This document shows, piece after piece, positions 49,303 through 60,069 of a DNA stretch of 64,000 bases. The translations under genes and the position numbers were made by a program. Origin of the DNA: Azolla caroliniana (taxonomy: Eukaryota > Plantae > Polypodiophyta); contig JBHGNT010000005.1 of the NCBI GenBank assembly GCA_043228905.1, positions 16,058,001 through 16,122,000 of the forward strand, in the 5' to 3' direction. The notes beneath the pieces are model-generated. The model did no database searches, was not told the origin of the DNA, and worked only from the letters and a program-made list of their open reading frames with translations. Position 1 is the first letter of the stretch, and the number at the start of each line of letters is the position of its first letter.

Positions 49303-52300
49303 TCACTTCGGCATGGGATGTCTCTCCAATCCGATCCTCTTCCGGCATGCTTCCAGCTTGTCGGGTGTGAGCACCTTGGTCAGCATATCCGACCCGTTCT
49401 CGTCCGTGTGGATCTTCGTCAGCACGAACTCCTTGTCTTCTATCCTTTCCCGGATCCAGTGATATCTTCGCTGGATGTGCTTCGTCCGAGAGTGATAGGC
49501 CGCGTTCTTCGCAAGGTGGATGGCACTCTGACTGTCGCAGTAGAGTCGGTACTCCTCCTGCCGGATACCGAGCTCTCTAATGAAGTCCTTCATCCATATT
49601 ATTTCCTTGCCGGCTTCAACAGCCGCCATGTACTCTGCCTCCGTGGTTGACAACGCAACCGTCTTCTGCAGCCTCGACTGCCACGAAACAGCTCCCCCTG
49701 CATACATCATCACATACCCTGATGTGGACCGGCTGGTATCTGCATCAGCCGACATATCCGAATCGGTAAAGCCGTCGAGTTCGGGCTTACCGGAGCCGAA
49801 TCGGAGGCACACGTTTGCCGTGCCCTTCAGGTATCGGAGTATCCACTTGACCGCGTTCCAGTGCTCTTTGCCGGGATTGCTCATGTACCGGCTCACCAAT
49901 CCGACTGCATATCCTATGTCCGGTCTTGTACACACCATTGCGTACATCAAGCTTCCGACGGCAGAGGCATATGGCACTTTCATCATGTCCTCCTTCTCTG
50001 CCTTTGTCTTGGGGCTTTGCTTGCAGGACAACTTGCAGTTTGCCGGGAGGGTTGAACCGACCGGTCTTGCTTCCGACATGTTGAACCGGTGAAGCACCTT
50101 TGTCACATACTTCTCCTGTGACAGCCACAACTGCTTCTTCTTCCGGTCCCGGATGATGTGCATCCCTATTATTTGCCTCGCCGGTCCCAGGTCCTTCATT
50201 GAGAAGGTTCGGTGAAGCGCTTTCTTCAGCATCCGTATCTTGACCTGGTCCCGTCCGACGATCAACATGTCGTCCACGTACAGGAGGAGTATTAGAGAGT
50301 CTCCTCCTTCGAACTTCTTCACAAACACGCAGTGATCGGACTGCGTTTTGTGGTACCCTTCGTCGGTCATGAAAGAGTCGAACTTCCGGTACCATTGCCG
50401 GGGAGCCTGCTTCAGTCCGTAAAGGCTCTTCTTCAACCGGCATACCAGGTGCTCCTTCCCTTTCTTCTCGAATCCTTCCGGTTGCTGCATGTAGATCTCT
50501 TCTTCGAGGTCGCCGTGAAGGAATGTCGTCTTCACGTCCATCTGTTCTACCTCGAGGTCCATGCTTGCCGCTATGCTCAGCACCGTCCGGATGGAGGTCA
50601 TCTTCACTACCGGGGCAAATATCTCGTCGAAGTCGACGCCCTTCTTCTGCTGGAACCCCTTCACCACGATCCTGGCTTTGTATCTCGGGGGGTTTCCGGC
50701 ATCTCCCGGTTTCAGCTTGAACACCCACTTGTTTCGAAGTGCCCGCTTTCCTTTCGGCAACTCCACAAGTTCATATGTGTGGTTCTCATGCAGGGAATCC
50801 ATCTCCTCCTGCATGGCACTTAACCACCTGCGGCTATGAGTATCAAGCTTTGCTTCTTCAAAGCTCTCCGGCTCCCCTTCCTCGGTTAGCAGCACGTGCT
50901 CTGGTTCCGGAAATCTCCGGGGGGCCCTTCTCTCTCTTAGAGGATATCTCCGTTCCGGAGCTTCGGTAACCGGCTCCTCCGTTTCCTCTTCATCCGAATC
51001 CATTTCGGGATCGGGGCCGGTTCCGGTATCAGTTTCTGTCATGAGATGGCAAGACTCGAACCCATGACCTTATGGTATATGGGTCGAGCTCTTAACCATC
51101 TCACCATCTATTGTAATTCATAGAATATTATTTTCATTTATGTTTTATTATAAGAAAGTAATGTATATTCCAGATTTCTCTGGAACATTCTAGAAGCTTC
51201 AGGATTATTCCTGAGAACACTATAAAAGAAGGCACTAAGCATTATGTTGAACCAAATTGGTTCAACACCAGTCTTAAGCCTCTTAGTCGATTTGTACTTA
51301 TCTTTCATATAATATAAGAGCTGCTGTCATTATCCTATTTCTCTCTCTCTCTCTCTCCTCTTCTCACTTCCTCTCTCTCGGGAATCTTACGCAGTCCCGT
51401 CCTCTTAGTACTAATAGTACTAATAGTACTACTCTTCTTAGTACTAATTCCATCTCTGTTTTAGTACTATTACTGACAGTTTGAACCAATTTCTCCTCTA
51501 GCCTACTTGTCACTCTCCCTCATCTTCCTACCCTTTCCCCTATACCATGGCTACTGTTAGCGCCCAAGAATACCAATCCGTTTTCTCCGAGCTACAGTGC
51601 CTAAAAGAAAAGTTTGTTGCCTTGGAACAAGAAAACCAACGGCTGATAGGGGATCTGCAACAAATCGCTCTAGAAAAACAACAAACGCAACAACAACATG
51701 GGGAGTTAGCGTTACGGGTACAACAACTCGAAGCAGCGTTGCAACAACAAGGATCCAGTCCCCAAGGATTTCATAAAGAGCCCAAGATTGGACTTCCTGT
51801 GAAATTTGATGGAACGCGTTCGCAATTTCGGGGATTCCTTAATCAGGTACGCTTAGTCATCCAGATGCATCCTTCCCGATATCCCACTGATGCATCTCGA
51901 GTCGGCCTAATAGGCACGCTACTTAGCGGCTCAGCCTTGGCATGGTTCGCTCCGCTTCTAGAAAAACAATCGCCCTTGCTTAATAACTTTGAAGATTTTA
52001 TTGGTGAGTTTAAAGCCTGCTTTGGAGACACCGACAGCATCAGGACGGCGATCAACAAGATCCGGCGATTGCGTCAAGGCGATCGTCCAGCCTCTGCCTA
52101 CGCGGCGGATTTCCGCCTACTTGCTTCAGATATACCCTGGGATGATCAAGCACTAATGGAGCAGTTTCGCTATGGCTTGCGAAACGATGTCAAAGATCTA
52201 CTTCTAACTTTCCCCGAAGAACCAAAGTCTCTTACGGAGGCAATCAGTCGAGCAGTTCGATGTGACAACCGCCTTTTTGAACGGCGTTCAGAACGTCAAT

Positions 52301-55300
52301 TACAGATACCACGCTCTAGGCCAGAGCCCACTTACGCCGCAGTCGCGGCTAAACCGTTTGCACGAGACATACCTCAAGCAAATACTTCGACACCGATGGA
52401 GATCGATACCATGCGTCGACGCGGCCCGTTATCGGAAGAAGAAAAGCAACGACGACGTGCCAATCGATTATGCCTTTATTGCGGTGGACCAGGACATATC
52501 GCCATCAATTGTCCCCATAGGCCAAGAAGACAGGTAAATCAAATTGTCGCCTGTACTAAACCTGAGTCAATTCTTCCCTTCGGAGTGTCTGATAGTAGTA
52601 ATAGTACTAATAGAGTGTCAGATAGTATTCATAGTACTAATAGCCCAAGTATCTCAAATAAATTTGAAATCCTTAGTCAATTAGATGAAGAGTTAAACGA
52701 TTGAGTCCAGCCAAAATAGGAGCCATTTGGTTGGACAGCAGCCCTAGATCTGTACAGCCCATTAGTGGTTCCATTCCTTCCAAGCAAGTTAGCAATGTGT
52801 TCCTAGCCCAAGTCATTGTTAGTACTAAAAGTACTCCCCCAGTACCCGTCCTAGCACTTTTAGATTCCGGAGCTAATTCCTGTTTCATGGATCGAAATTT
52901 TGCCCAAGCTTCTCAGATATCCTTAAGAAAACTTCCTTGTCCCGCATCTGTAGTGGTCATTGATGGTCGTCCCATTGCTTCCGGGAATATTGTAGAAGAA
53001 TCAGAACCCATTCAAGTTGTCCTAGGTAGTTTTGTGTGTATAATATCATTTAATATAATTAGTAGTCCAGAGCATCCCATTGTCCTAGGATTACCTTGGC
53101 TTGAGTTACATAATCCAGCCATAGATTGGAGAACAAGAGAAGTCCGATATCGACCACCCCAAGAATCAACTCGCCGAGTTTCGACCATTTCACTCCATCA
53201 ACTACGCGAAGAAGGACCCAAGGAGGCAATGTTCCTATTTTCCATATCAGTACATCCTTCCAACACTATTAAGAAGGACTCCTCAGTACAACTTCCGGCA
53301 AAATATCATCCTTATGCCGATGTATTTGACAAGGTAAAAGCCGGTACCCTTCCTCATCACCGTCCCTATGACTGTCCCATCGATTTACAACCAGGAACCG
53401 AGCCACCATGGGGACCAATTTACAACCTGTCACCCACCGAGTTAGAAGTCCTTCGAGCCTACATAGAGGAGAACTTGGCAAGCGGGTTCATCCGTCATTC
53501 GAAATCTCCGGCCGGTGCACCCATCTTCTTTGTCAAGAAGAAAGATGGCTCACTTCGTCTTGTCGTTGATTACCGCGGATTAAATAAAGTCACCATCCGG
53601 AATAGGTATGCACTTCCTCTTATATCAAGTCTTTTAGAGCGAGTTAATGGTGCCAAGTTTTTTACTAAAATCGACCTACGCGGAGCGTATAATCTCGTGC
53701 GGATCCGACCGGGAGATGAGTGGAAGACCGCTTTTCGCACGCGGTATGGGCATTTTGAGTATACTGTTATGCCGTTTGGCCTAACCAATGCACCCGCAGT
53801 CTTCCAACACATGGCAAATGATATATTCAGAGACCTCTTGGATATCTGTTTGATCATTTATCTGGATGATCTGTTGATTTATTCGAAGACCCAGGAAGAG
53901 CACGACTCTCATGTACTATTAGTACTAAAGCGACTCCGCGAGAATGGTCTTTATGCCAAGCTAGAAAAATGTAGCTTTGACTGCAAGCAAGTGGAGTTTC
54001 TAGGCTACGTCATCTCCTCAAAGGGCATCGCCATGGATCCAGCTAAGATCCAAACTGTACTAGAGTGGCAAATTCCACGGTCGGTACGAGATGTACAATG
54101 TTTTCTAGGTTTTGCTAACTTCTACCGTAAGTTTATACAGGATTACTCGAAGATTATTTTACCTCTCACACAACTTACGAAGAAGGGCCAAGCATTTCTT
54201 TGGTCCATTGAAGCAGATATGGCTTTTCGGCATCTTAAGAAAGCCTTTACATCAGCACCGATTCTAGCTCATGTGGATACAAGCAAACCATTCATCATGG
54301 AGGCCGACGCATCAGATTTCGCCCTCGGTAGCATCCTTTCTCAACAAGGTGATAAAGAAGAGTTGCATCCGGTGGCTTTTCATTCGCGCAAATTCGATGT
54401 CGCAGAAATCAACTACGAAATACATGACAAGGAGTTATTAGCCATCGTGGATTCATTTGTACAATGGCGGCATTTCTTAGAGGGCTCTCCACATCAGGTC
54501 ATTGTCTTCAGCGATCATAAAAATCTTGCTTATTTTCAGAACGCTCGCGTACTAAATCGACGGCAAGCTCGGTGGGCGCAATTCCTCACGCGTTTCGACT
54601 TCAAAATCACATATCGACCGGGGAAGCAGCAAGGAAAAGCAGATGCACTATCACGACGTTCATATCTTGCACCTCGTCCTGGTGAAGCAACATTTGATAA
54701 TCAAAAGCAAGTAATCTTGGGACCAACACGATTGCACACGACGCGGATTTTTCACACCCCGATGGATTCACGGATTACCGATGACATACGTGCAACCTTG
54801 AAGACGGATAGTTTTGCTCAAGACATCCTGGCGCACATTGATACTTCTCGGGCATCCTGTTCTCAGTCTCAACAACCAGGTATTGACTACCGACAATTCG
54901 AATATCATGATGGTTTGTTATTCTTTAAAAAGCGCGTATATGTCCCCGATTGCTCCTGTCGCCTTCAAATTGTCCAACATTGTCACGACACCCATACGGC
55001 GGGACATTTCGGTAGTACTAAGACGTTGGAGCTAGTGCAGCGATCTTTTTGGTGGCCCCACATGCGCCGTTTTGTTGACGACTACGTTCGGACCTGTGAT
55101 GCTTGCTGCCGAGCAAAGATGCCACGACACCATCCATATGGCTTGTTGGAACCTTTACCAATTCCAAGTAAGCCATGGCAGTCTATTTGTCTTGATTTTA
55201 TCACAGATCTGCCGGTCTCGAAAGGGTTCGATGCTATCCTAACCGTCGTCGATCGATATACGAAGATGGCACATTTTGTGCCATGTACTAAAGCCATCAC

Positions 55301-58300
55301 TAGCGAGGAAACCGCCGCTCTTGTTATGCGTGAGGTTTTTCGGCATCATGGCCTCCCAGACAGTATTATCAGTGACCGAGGCCCGCAATTTGTCTCCAAA
55401 TTTTGGCGGTATCTCTTCAAGATGCTCAAGGTCTCCTGCAACCTCTCCTCCGGCTACCATCCTCAAACCGACGGACAGGCGGAACGAACAAACCAAACGC
55501 TGGAGCAATATCTCCGGTGTTTCCTGAGTTATCAACAGGACGATTGGGCCGAGATTCTCCACTTTGCGGAGTTTGCGTATAATAATGCTATTCACTCCTC
55601 GACTCGGGTCTCCCCATTTTTCGCTTATACCGGTTTCCATCCTCGCTGGTCGGTGATCGACACTCCGGAGCTACCTACCAACCCTCGTGCCGAGGATCAT
55701 TTGGAGAGGCTACGCAAGATCCAGATGGATCTCTCTACTCACCTTCGTCATGCTCAACACACACAGAAGACTTATGCGGATCGTCATCGGATTCCCTCCT
55801 CTTTTGCCATCGGAGATCGAGTATGGCTCTTACGTCGTCACATCAAGACTACTCGACCGTGCGACAAGTTGGATTATCGACGACTCGGTCCTTTCCGTAT
55901 TACGGGGAAGATTAATGATGTCACCTTCCGCCTTGATCTCCCTCCGCAGCTTCAGATACATCCGGTTTTCCATTGTTCTCTTCTTGAACCTTATAAAGCA
56001 AACACCATTCCCAATCGTGTGACACCACCGCCGCCCCCACTGGAGTTGGACGCCGGCCCGGAGTATGAAGTTGCTGCCATCCTCGATTCCAAACTTGTTC
56101 GCAACAAACTCTATTACTTGGTCGATTGGCTCGGTTATAGTCCGAGTGAACGTACTTGGGAACCCGTCGAGAATGTTGCCAATGCACAAGATCTTCTTGC
56201 TGATTTCCACCGAAAGTATCCGGACAAACCCGGTCCGCAAGTAGCGCTGACTCGTTCCACTCGTCGTCTTTAAGGGGGAGATAGTGTCATGAGATGGCAA
56301 GACTCGAACCCATGACCTTATGGTATATGGGTCGAGCTCTTAACCATCTCACCATCTATTGTAATTCATAGAATATTATTTTCATTTATGTTTTATTATA
56401 AGAAAGTAATGTATATTCCAGATTTCTCTGGAACATTCTAGAAGCTTCAGGATTATTCCTGAGAACACTATAAAAGAAGGCACTAAGCATTATGTTGAAC
56501 CAAATTGGTTCAACACCAGTCTTAAGCCTCTTAGTCGATTTGTACTTATCTTTCATATAATATAAGAGCTGCTGTCATTATCCTATTTCTCTCTCTCTCT
56601 CTCTCCTCTTCTCACTTCCTCTCTCTCGGGAATCTTACGCAGTCCCGTCCTCTTAGTACTAATAGTACTAATAGTACTACTCTTCTTAGTACTAATTCCA
56701 TCTCTGTTTTAGTACTATTACTGACAGTTTCATCTCCCTCGGCCGGTTCTGTTTCTTCACCGTCTTCGGCCGGATCCTCGAGTGTTAACCGGTCCCTTGC
56801 CGGTCGGGACTGCTCCTCGTAGAGTTGATCCTCACCGGTCGACTTGGAGCTCTTCATCTTCTTCTCCGACTCCCAGTCGGCGAGTGTCTTGTCCTCCATG
56901 AAGATGATATCTCGACTCCGGAATATCTTCTTGTCGACCGGGTCCCATACTCGGTAGCCGAACTCGTCATCGCCGTAACCGAGGAATATGCATGGCCGGG
57001 TCTTTGGATCTAGCTTTCCTCTCCGGTCCTTTGCCACATGCACGTATGCGAGACACCCGAACACCTTCAGATGCCGGTAGGATACTTCCCTACCGGTCCA
57101 CACTCTCTGCGGCGTGTCTCCGTCCAAAGGTACTGAGGGTGATCTGTTTATCACGTATGTCGCCGTCGACATTGCCTCAGCCCAAAACCCCTTGGGTAAT
57201 TTCGCATGCGCCAGCATACTCCGGACCCTCTCCATTATGGTCCGGTTCATCCTCTCGGCCAGCCCGTTCAGTTCCGGCGTCTTCGGCACAGTAAACTCGA
57301 GCCGGATTCCCTTCGAGCGACAGTACTCCGCGAACTGCCCCCGGTATTCCCCTCCGTTATCCGCGCGTATCGCTTTCAGCTTCTTGCCGGATTCCCTTTC
57401 CACTCTCGCGTGGAGTTCTTTGAAGACGCACAACACTTGGTCCTTTGTCTTCAGCGGTGCCGTCCACAGCTTCCGGCTGTGGTCATCAATGAATGTCACG
57501 AAGTACTGGGCTCCGCCATGTGACTTCGTTTCTACTTGGCACACGTCAGTGTGCACCAACTCCAATGGTGCGCTACGTCTCGTCGGTGGCCTTGAGCGGA
57601 AGGAGGTCCGGTTTTGCTTACCGGCCAGGCAATCGGTGCACTTCTCCAGGTGCACGTGCTTCACTGGAATAAGGTTGTCTTCTGCAAGCCTCTTCATCCC
57701 CTTCTCACTCATGTGGCACAGTCTCTTGTGCCACAGCTCACCGGCAGTCTCGGCTGCCACGTTCAGTTCCTCCGGACATAGCCGGGAATTCATCAGGTAC
57801 AGTGTGTTGACCTTCCGGGCTCGAGCCACTATCAGGCTCCCTTTGCTGAACTTCATGACCCCATTCCGGATGCTACCCGTGTAGCCTTCATCGTCTAGCC
57901 TCCCGGCCGAAATCAGGTTCAATCGAACCTCCGGAACGTGTCGGACATCCTTCAACAGCATCTTGCATCCGGTTGATGTCATCAGCCACACGTCTCCTAT
58001 GCCGGCAATCCGGCACGTACCTTCATTTCCCATCCGGACATAGCCATGCTCACCGGCTGTGTAGGATGAGAAGTATCTTCTTTCCGGGGTCAGGTGGAAC
58101 GACGCTCCGGAATCGACCACCCAGGTAGTCTCATCGCTGGCAATGTTTAGTTCACCTTCTTCGGTGATGAGCATGATTTCCTCTTCACTTGCCGCGAATG
58201 CCGTCGTTCCTTTCCGGTCCTGCCCTCGCCGATCCGAACCATTCCGGTCCGTGGCTCCCCGGTAAGCACCGTTCCGATCCGAAGACTTCTTCGAATCGGT

Positions 58301-59071
58301 GTCGTCGGATCCGATGTCTTTTCGGTAATGCCGACAATTCTTTCGGAAGTGCCCCGGCTTCCCACAGTGGAAGCATGTGGGCCTTCCTCTTGACTGCGAC
58401 CGGGTCCCCGACTTCTCCCGTCTTTGCGGACTCCGGTTCCGTTGTCTTCCCCGATCCGATTCGGTAAACAACATCTTCGGATCGGAGGCTGGTTCTTTAT
58501 CTCTCCGACGCGCTTCTTCGTTCAAGATACTTGTCTTTACCGTTTGTAGGGACAAGTTATCTTCGGTGCAGGAGGTGCTGAGAGTCACCACCAAGTTCTC
58601 CCAGCTTTCCGGCAATGTACACATCAGGATGATGACTTGCATTGCATCCTCCAGCGGGAACTTGATCGCCGCAAGCTGGTTCACGAATCCCATGAACGTG
58701 CTTACGTGTTCCACCATACTCTCGCCGTCCCGGTACTTGAGGTTCACTATCTTCCTCATCAGGGAGGTCTGGTTCAACGCATTCTTCCTCTCGTAGAGGC
58801 CCGACAGCTTCCGCCACATCTCATATGCGTTGGTGTCGTTCGCCACATGTTGTAGAACGCTCACGTCGACGTATTGCCGAATGGTTGCAACGGCTTTCCG
58901 GTTCAGAAGCCTCCATTCCGACTCAAGTACCCCCTTCGGTATTTCCGACCTGTCAATCGGTTCGTACAGGTCCCGAACAATCAGGAGATCCTCCATCTTG
59001 ATCTTCCAGTCGGCGTAATTCTGCGCATTCAGCACCATCATCCCCGGCTGCCCGCTGCTGCCGCCTTCCAT
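49303..59071 (-). CDS. Copia Gag-Pol polyprotein (1357 aa after removing the insertion and one TSD copy)
   Basis: 59071-56727 joined to 51031-49303 gives 4074 nt in one open frame; CFHCGKPGHFRKNC, VDSGASFH, integrase core, LLYVDD, TKHIQRRYH. Confidence 0.93.
51547..52704 (+). CDS. gag: Gag (sushi/PEG10-like capsid, N-terminal coiled coil, CCHC knuckle)
   Basis: LPVKFDGTRSQFRGFL, LRQG..ASAYAADFR, PMEID, CLYCGGPGHIAINC. Confidence 0.95.
   Translation: MATVSAQEYQSVFSELQCLKEKFVALEQENQRLIGDLQQIALEKQQTQQQHGELALRVQQLEAALQQQGSSPQGFHKEPKIGLPVKFDGTRSQFRGFLNQVRLVIQMHPSRYPTDASRVGLIGTLLSGSALAWFAPLLEKQSPLLNNFEDFIGEFKACFGDTDSIRTAINKIRRLRQGDRPASAYAADFRLLASDIPWDDQALMEQFRYGLRNDVKDLLLTFPEEPKSLTEAISRAVRCDNRLFERRSERQLQIPRSRPEPTYAAVAAKPFARDIPQANTSTPMEIDTMRRRGPLSEEEKQRRRANRLCLYCGGPGHIAINCPHRPRRQVNQIVACTKPESILPFGVSDSSNSTNRVSDSIHSTNSPSISNKFEILSQLDEELND
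52689..56273 (+). CDS. pol: Pol (PR-RT-RH-IN-chromodomain) in the -1 frame relative to gag
   Basis: LLDSGA, YLDDLLIYS, EADASDFA, YHPQTDGQAER, YLVDWLGY...TWEP; frame open from 52689. Confidence 0.95.
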   Translation, partial: RVKRLSPAKIGAIWLDSSPRSVQPISGSIPSKQVSNVFLAQVIVSTKSTPPVPVLALLDSGANSCFMDRNFAQASQISLRKLPCPASVVVIDGRPIASGNIVEESEPIQVVLGSFVCIISFNIISSPEHPIVLGLPWLELHNPAIDWRTREVRYRPPQESTRRVSTISLHQLREEGPKEAMFLFSISVHPSNTIKKDSSVQLPAKYHPYADVFDKVKAGTLPHHRPYDCPIDLQPGTEPPWGPIYNLSPTELEVLRAYIEENLASGFIRHSKSPAGAPIFFVKKKDGSLRLVVDYRGLNKVTIRNRYALPLISSLLERVNGAKFFTKIDLRGAYNLVRIRPGDEWKTAFRTRYGHFEYTVMPFGLTNAPAVFQHMANDIFRDLLDICLIIYLDDLLIYSKTQEEHDSHVLLVLKRLRENGLYAKLEKCSFDCKQVEFLGYVISSKGIAMDPAKIQTVLEWQIPRSVRDVQCFLGFANFYRKFIQDYSKIILPLTQLTKKGQAFLWSIEADMAFRHLKKAFTSAPILAHVDTSKPFIMEADASDFALGSILSQQGDKEELHPVAFHSRKFDVAEINYEIHDKELLAIVDSFVQWRHFLEGSPHQVIVFSDHKNLAYFQNARVLNRRQARWAQFLTRFDFKITYRPGKQQGKADALSRRSYLAPRPGEATFDNQKQVILGPTRLHTTRIFHTPMDSRITDDIRATLKTDSFAQDILAHIDTSRASCSQSQQPGIDYRQFEYHDGLLFFKKRVYVPDCSCRLQIVQHCHDTHTAGHFGSTKTLELVQRSFWWPHMRRFVDDYVRTCDACCRAKMPRHHPYGLLEPLPIPSKPWQSICLDFITDLPVSKGFDAILTVVDRYTKMAHFVPCTKAITSEETAALVMREVFRHHGLPDSIISDRGPQFVSKFWRYLFKMLKVSCNLSSGYHPQTDGQAERTNQTLEQYLRCFLSYQQDDWAEILHFAEFAYNNAIHSSTRVSPFFAYTGFHPRWSVIDTPELPTNPRAEDHLERLRKIQMDLSTHLRHAQHTQKTYADRHRIPSSFAIGDRVWLLRRHIKTTRPCDKLDYRRLGPFRITGKINDVTFRLDLPPQLQIHPVFHCSLLEPYKANTIPNRVTPPPPPLELDAGPEYEVAAILDSKLVRNKLYYLVDWLGYSPSERTWEPVENVANAQDLLADFHRKYPDKPGPQVALTRSTRRL

Positions 59072-59713
59072 TTTCTGCAGCAACTCGCTCTGATACCAAA
59101 TTGATGGAAATAATCGACACTTTCCAAACTTCACTTCTCGGCCACAACCAAGGAAACACACGAATCGTTGTTGCAGAAAATGGGAAATGCAAAAATAAGT
59201 AAGTGGACACGCGATTTAACGTGGAAAACCCTGTACGGGAAAAACCACGGGAGTACAAGACTCCGAACCAAAACTATGCACAGAGAAATATACAATGGCG
59301 AGCTGCAAGGCGACGACCTTGAGCTCGCTGTCCTTGCCACAGGCGGCGGGATTACACAGAGGCGTCGACCTCTTCCTCTCTCGCGCTCTATCTCTCTCAC
59401 GGCTGCTCTCTCTTCACTCCTCTTGAGTGGAAAAACAGAAAAATGAGTAGCAACAACAAAACTGTTTGCCCTAAGTCATATTTATACACATATGACTTTA
59501 GGGCTATTTACAACTATATCCACAAGGGCCCTTGGCAAACATATTCACAGATATGTCCCCGCATCCGGATCTCTCTTCGGGTACATTCGTCATCCGGCTC
59601 CGAAGCCGGGGTCTTCATCATCCGGTTCCGAAACCGCAACCGGGCTTGTCGTCATTCATCTCCGACATCCGACCATCCCATCCGAAAGGGACCGTAATCC
59701 CAACAAAGAATAG

Positions 59714-60036
59714 TGTGCGGAAGCAAGTAGAAAACCGAACACAGAAACGCAGGTTTAATGGAGAGCTTGAATATGTTGAACACGGTGCTCGGCCACAACC
59801 GAGGAATAGGATCAACTCACAGAAAATAGGAAATACAAAATGCACGAAGACAATAGAGAGAAAAATACACAAGATGTTTTACGTGGAAAACCCTAAATGG
59901 GAAAAACCACGGGAGTCCTCAAACTCCAACTATCACTATGAACAGAGATGTACAATGGTGACGCCACAAGGCAACAACCTTGAGCTCACTGTCTTCGCCA
60001 CAGGCGGCGGTAATACACAGAGGCAACGACCTCTTC

Positions 60037-60069
<33 letters not shown>

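Larger units (their letters stand above)
51037..56726 (+). mobile_element. Intact Ty3/gypsy chromovirus of the Tcn1/Tf1-sushi type
   Basis: 442-bp LTRs 51037-51478 and 56285-56726 with no difference seen; TSD GTTTC (51032-51036, 56727-56731); PPT 56272-56284; open gag and pol with chromodomain. Confidence 0.97.
48689..59705 (-). mobile_element. Young full-length Ty1/copia (Tnt1/Tork-like) with a nested chromovirus
   Basis: 604-bp LTRs 48689-49292 and 59102-59705, one mismatch seen; TSD AAGAA; iMet PBS 59087-59098; PPT from 49293. Confidence 0.97.

Noticed and set aside
56612-59161. 849-aa and 579-aa (49303-51042) ORFs as separate genes
   Set aside because: They are two halves of one copia polyprotein split by the Tcn1 insertion; their extra termini come from LTR sequence
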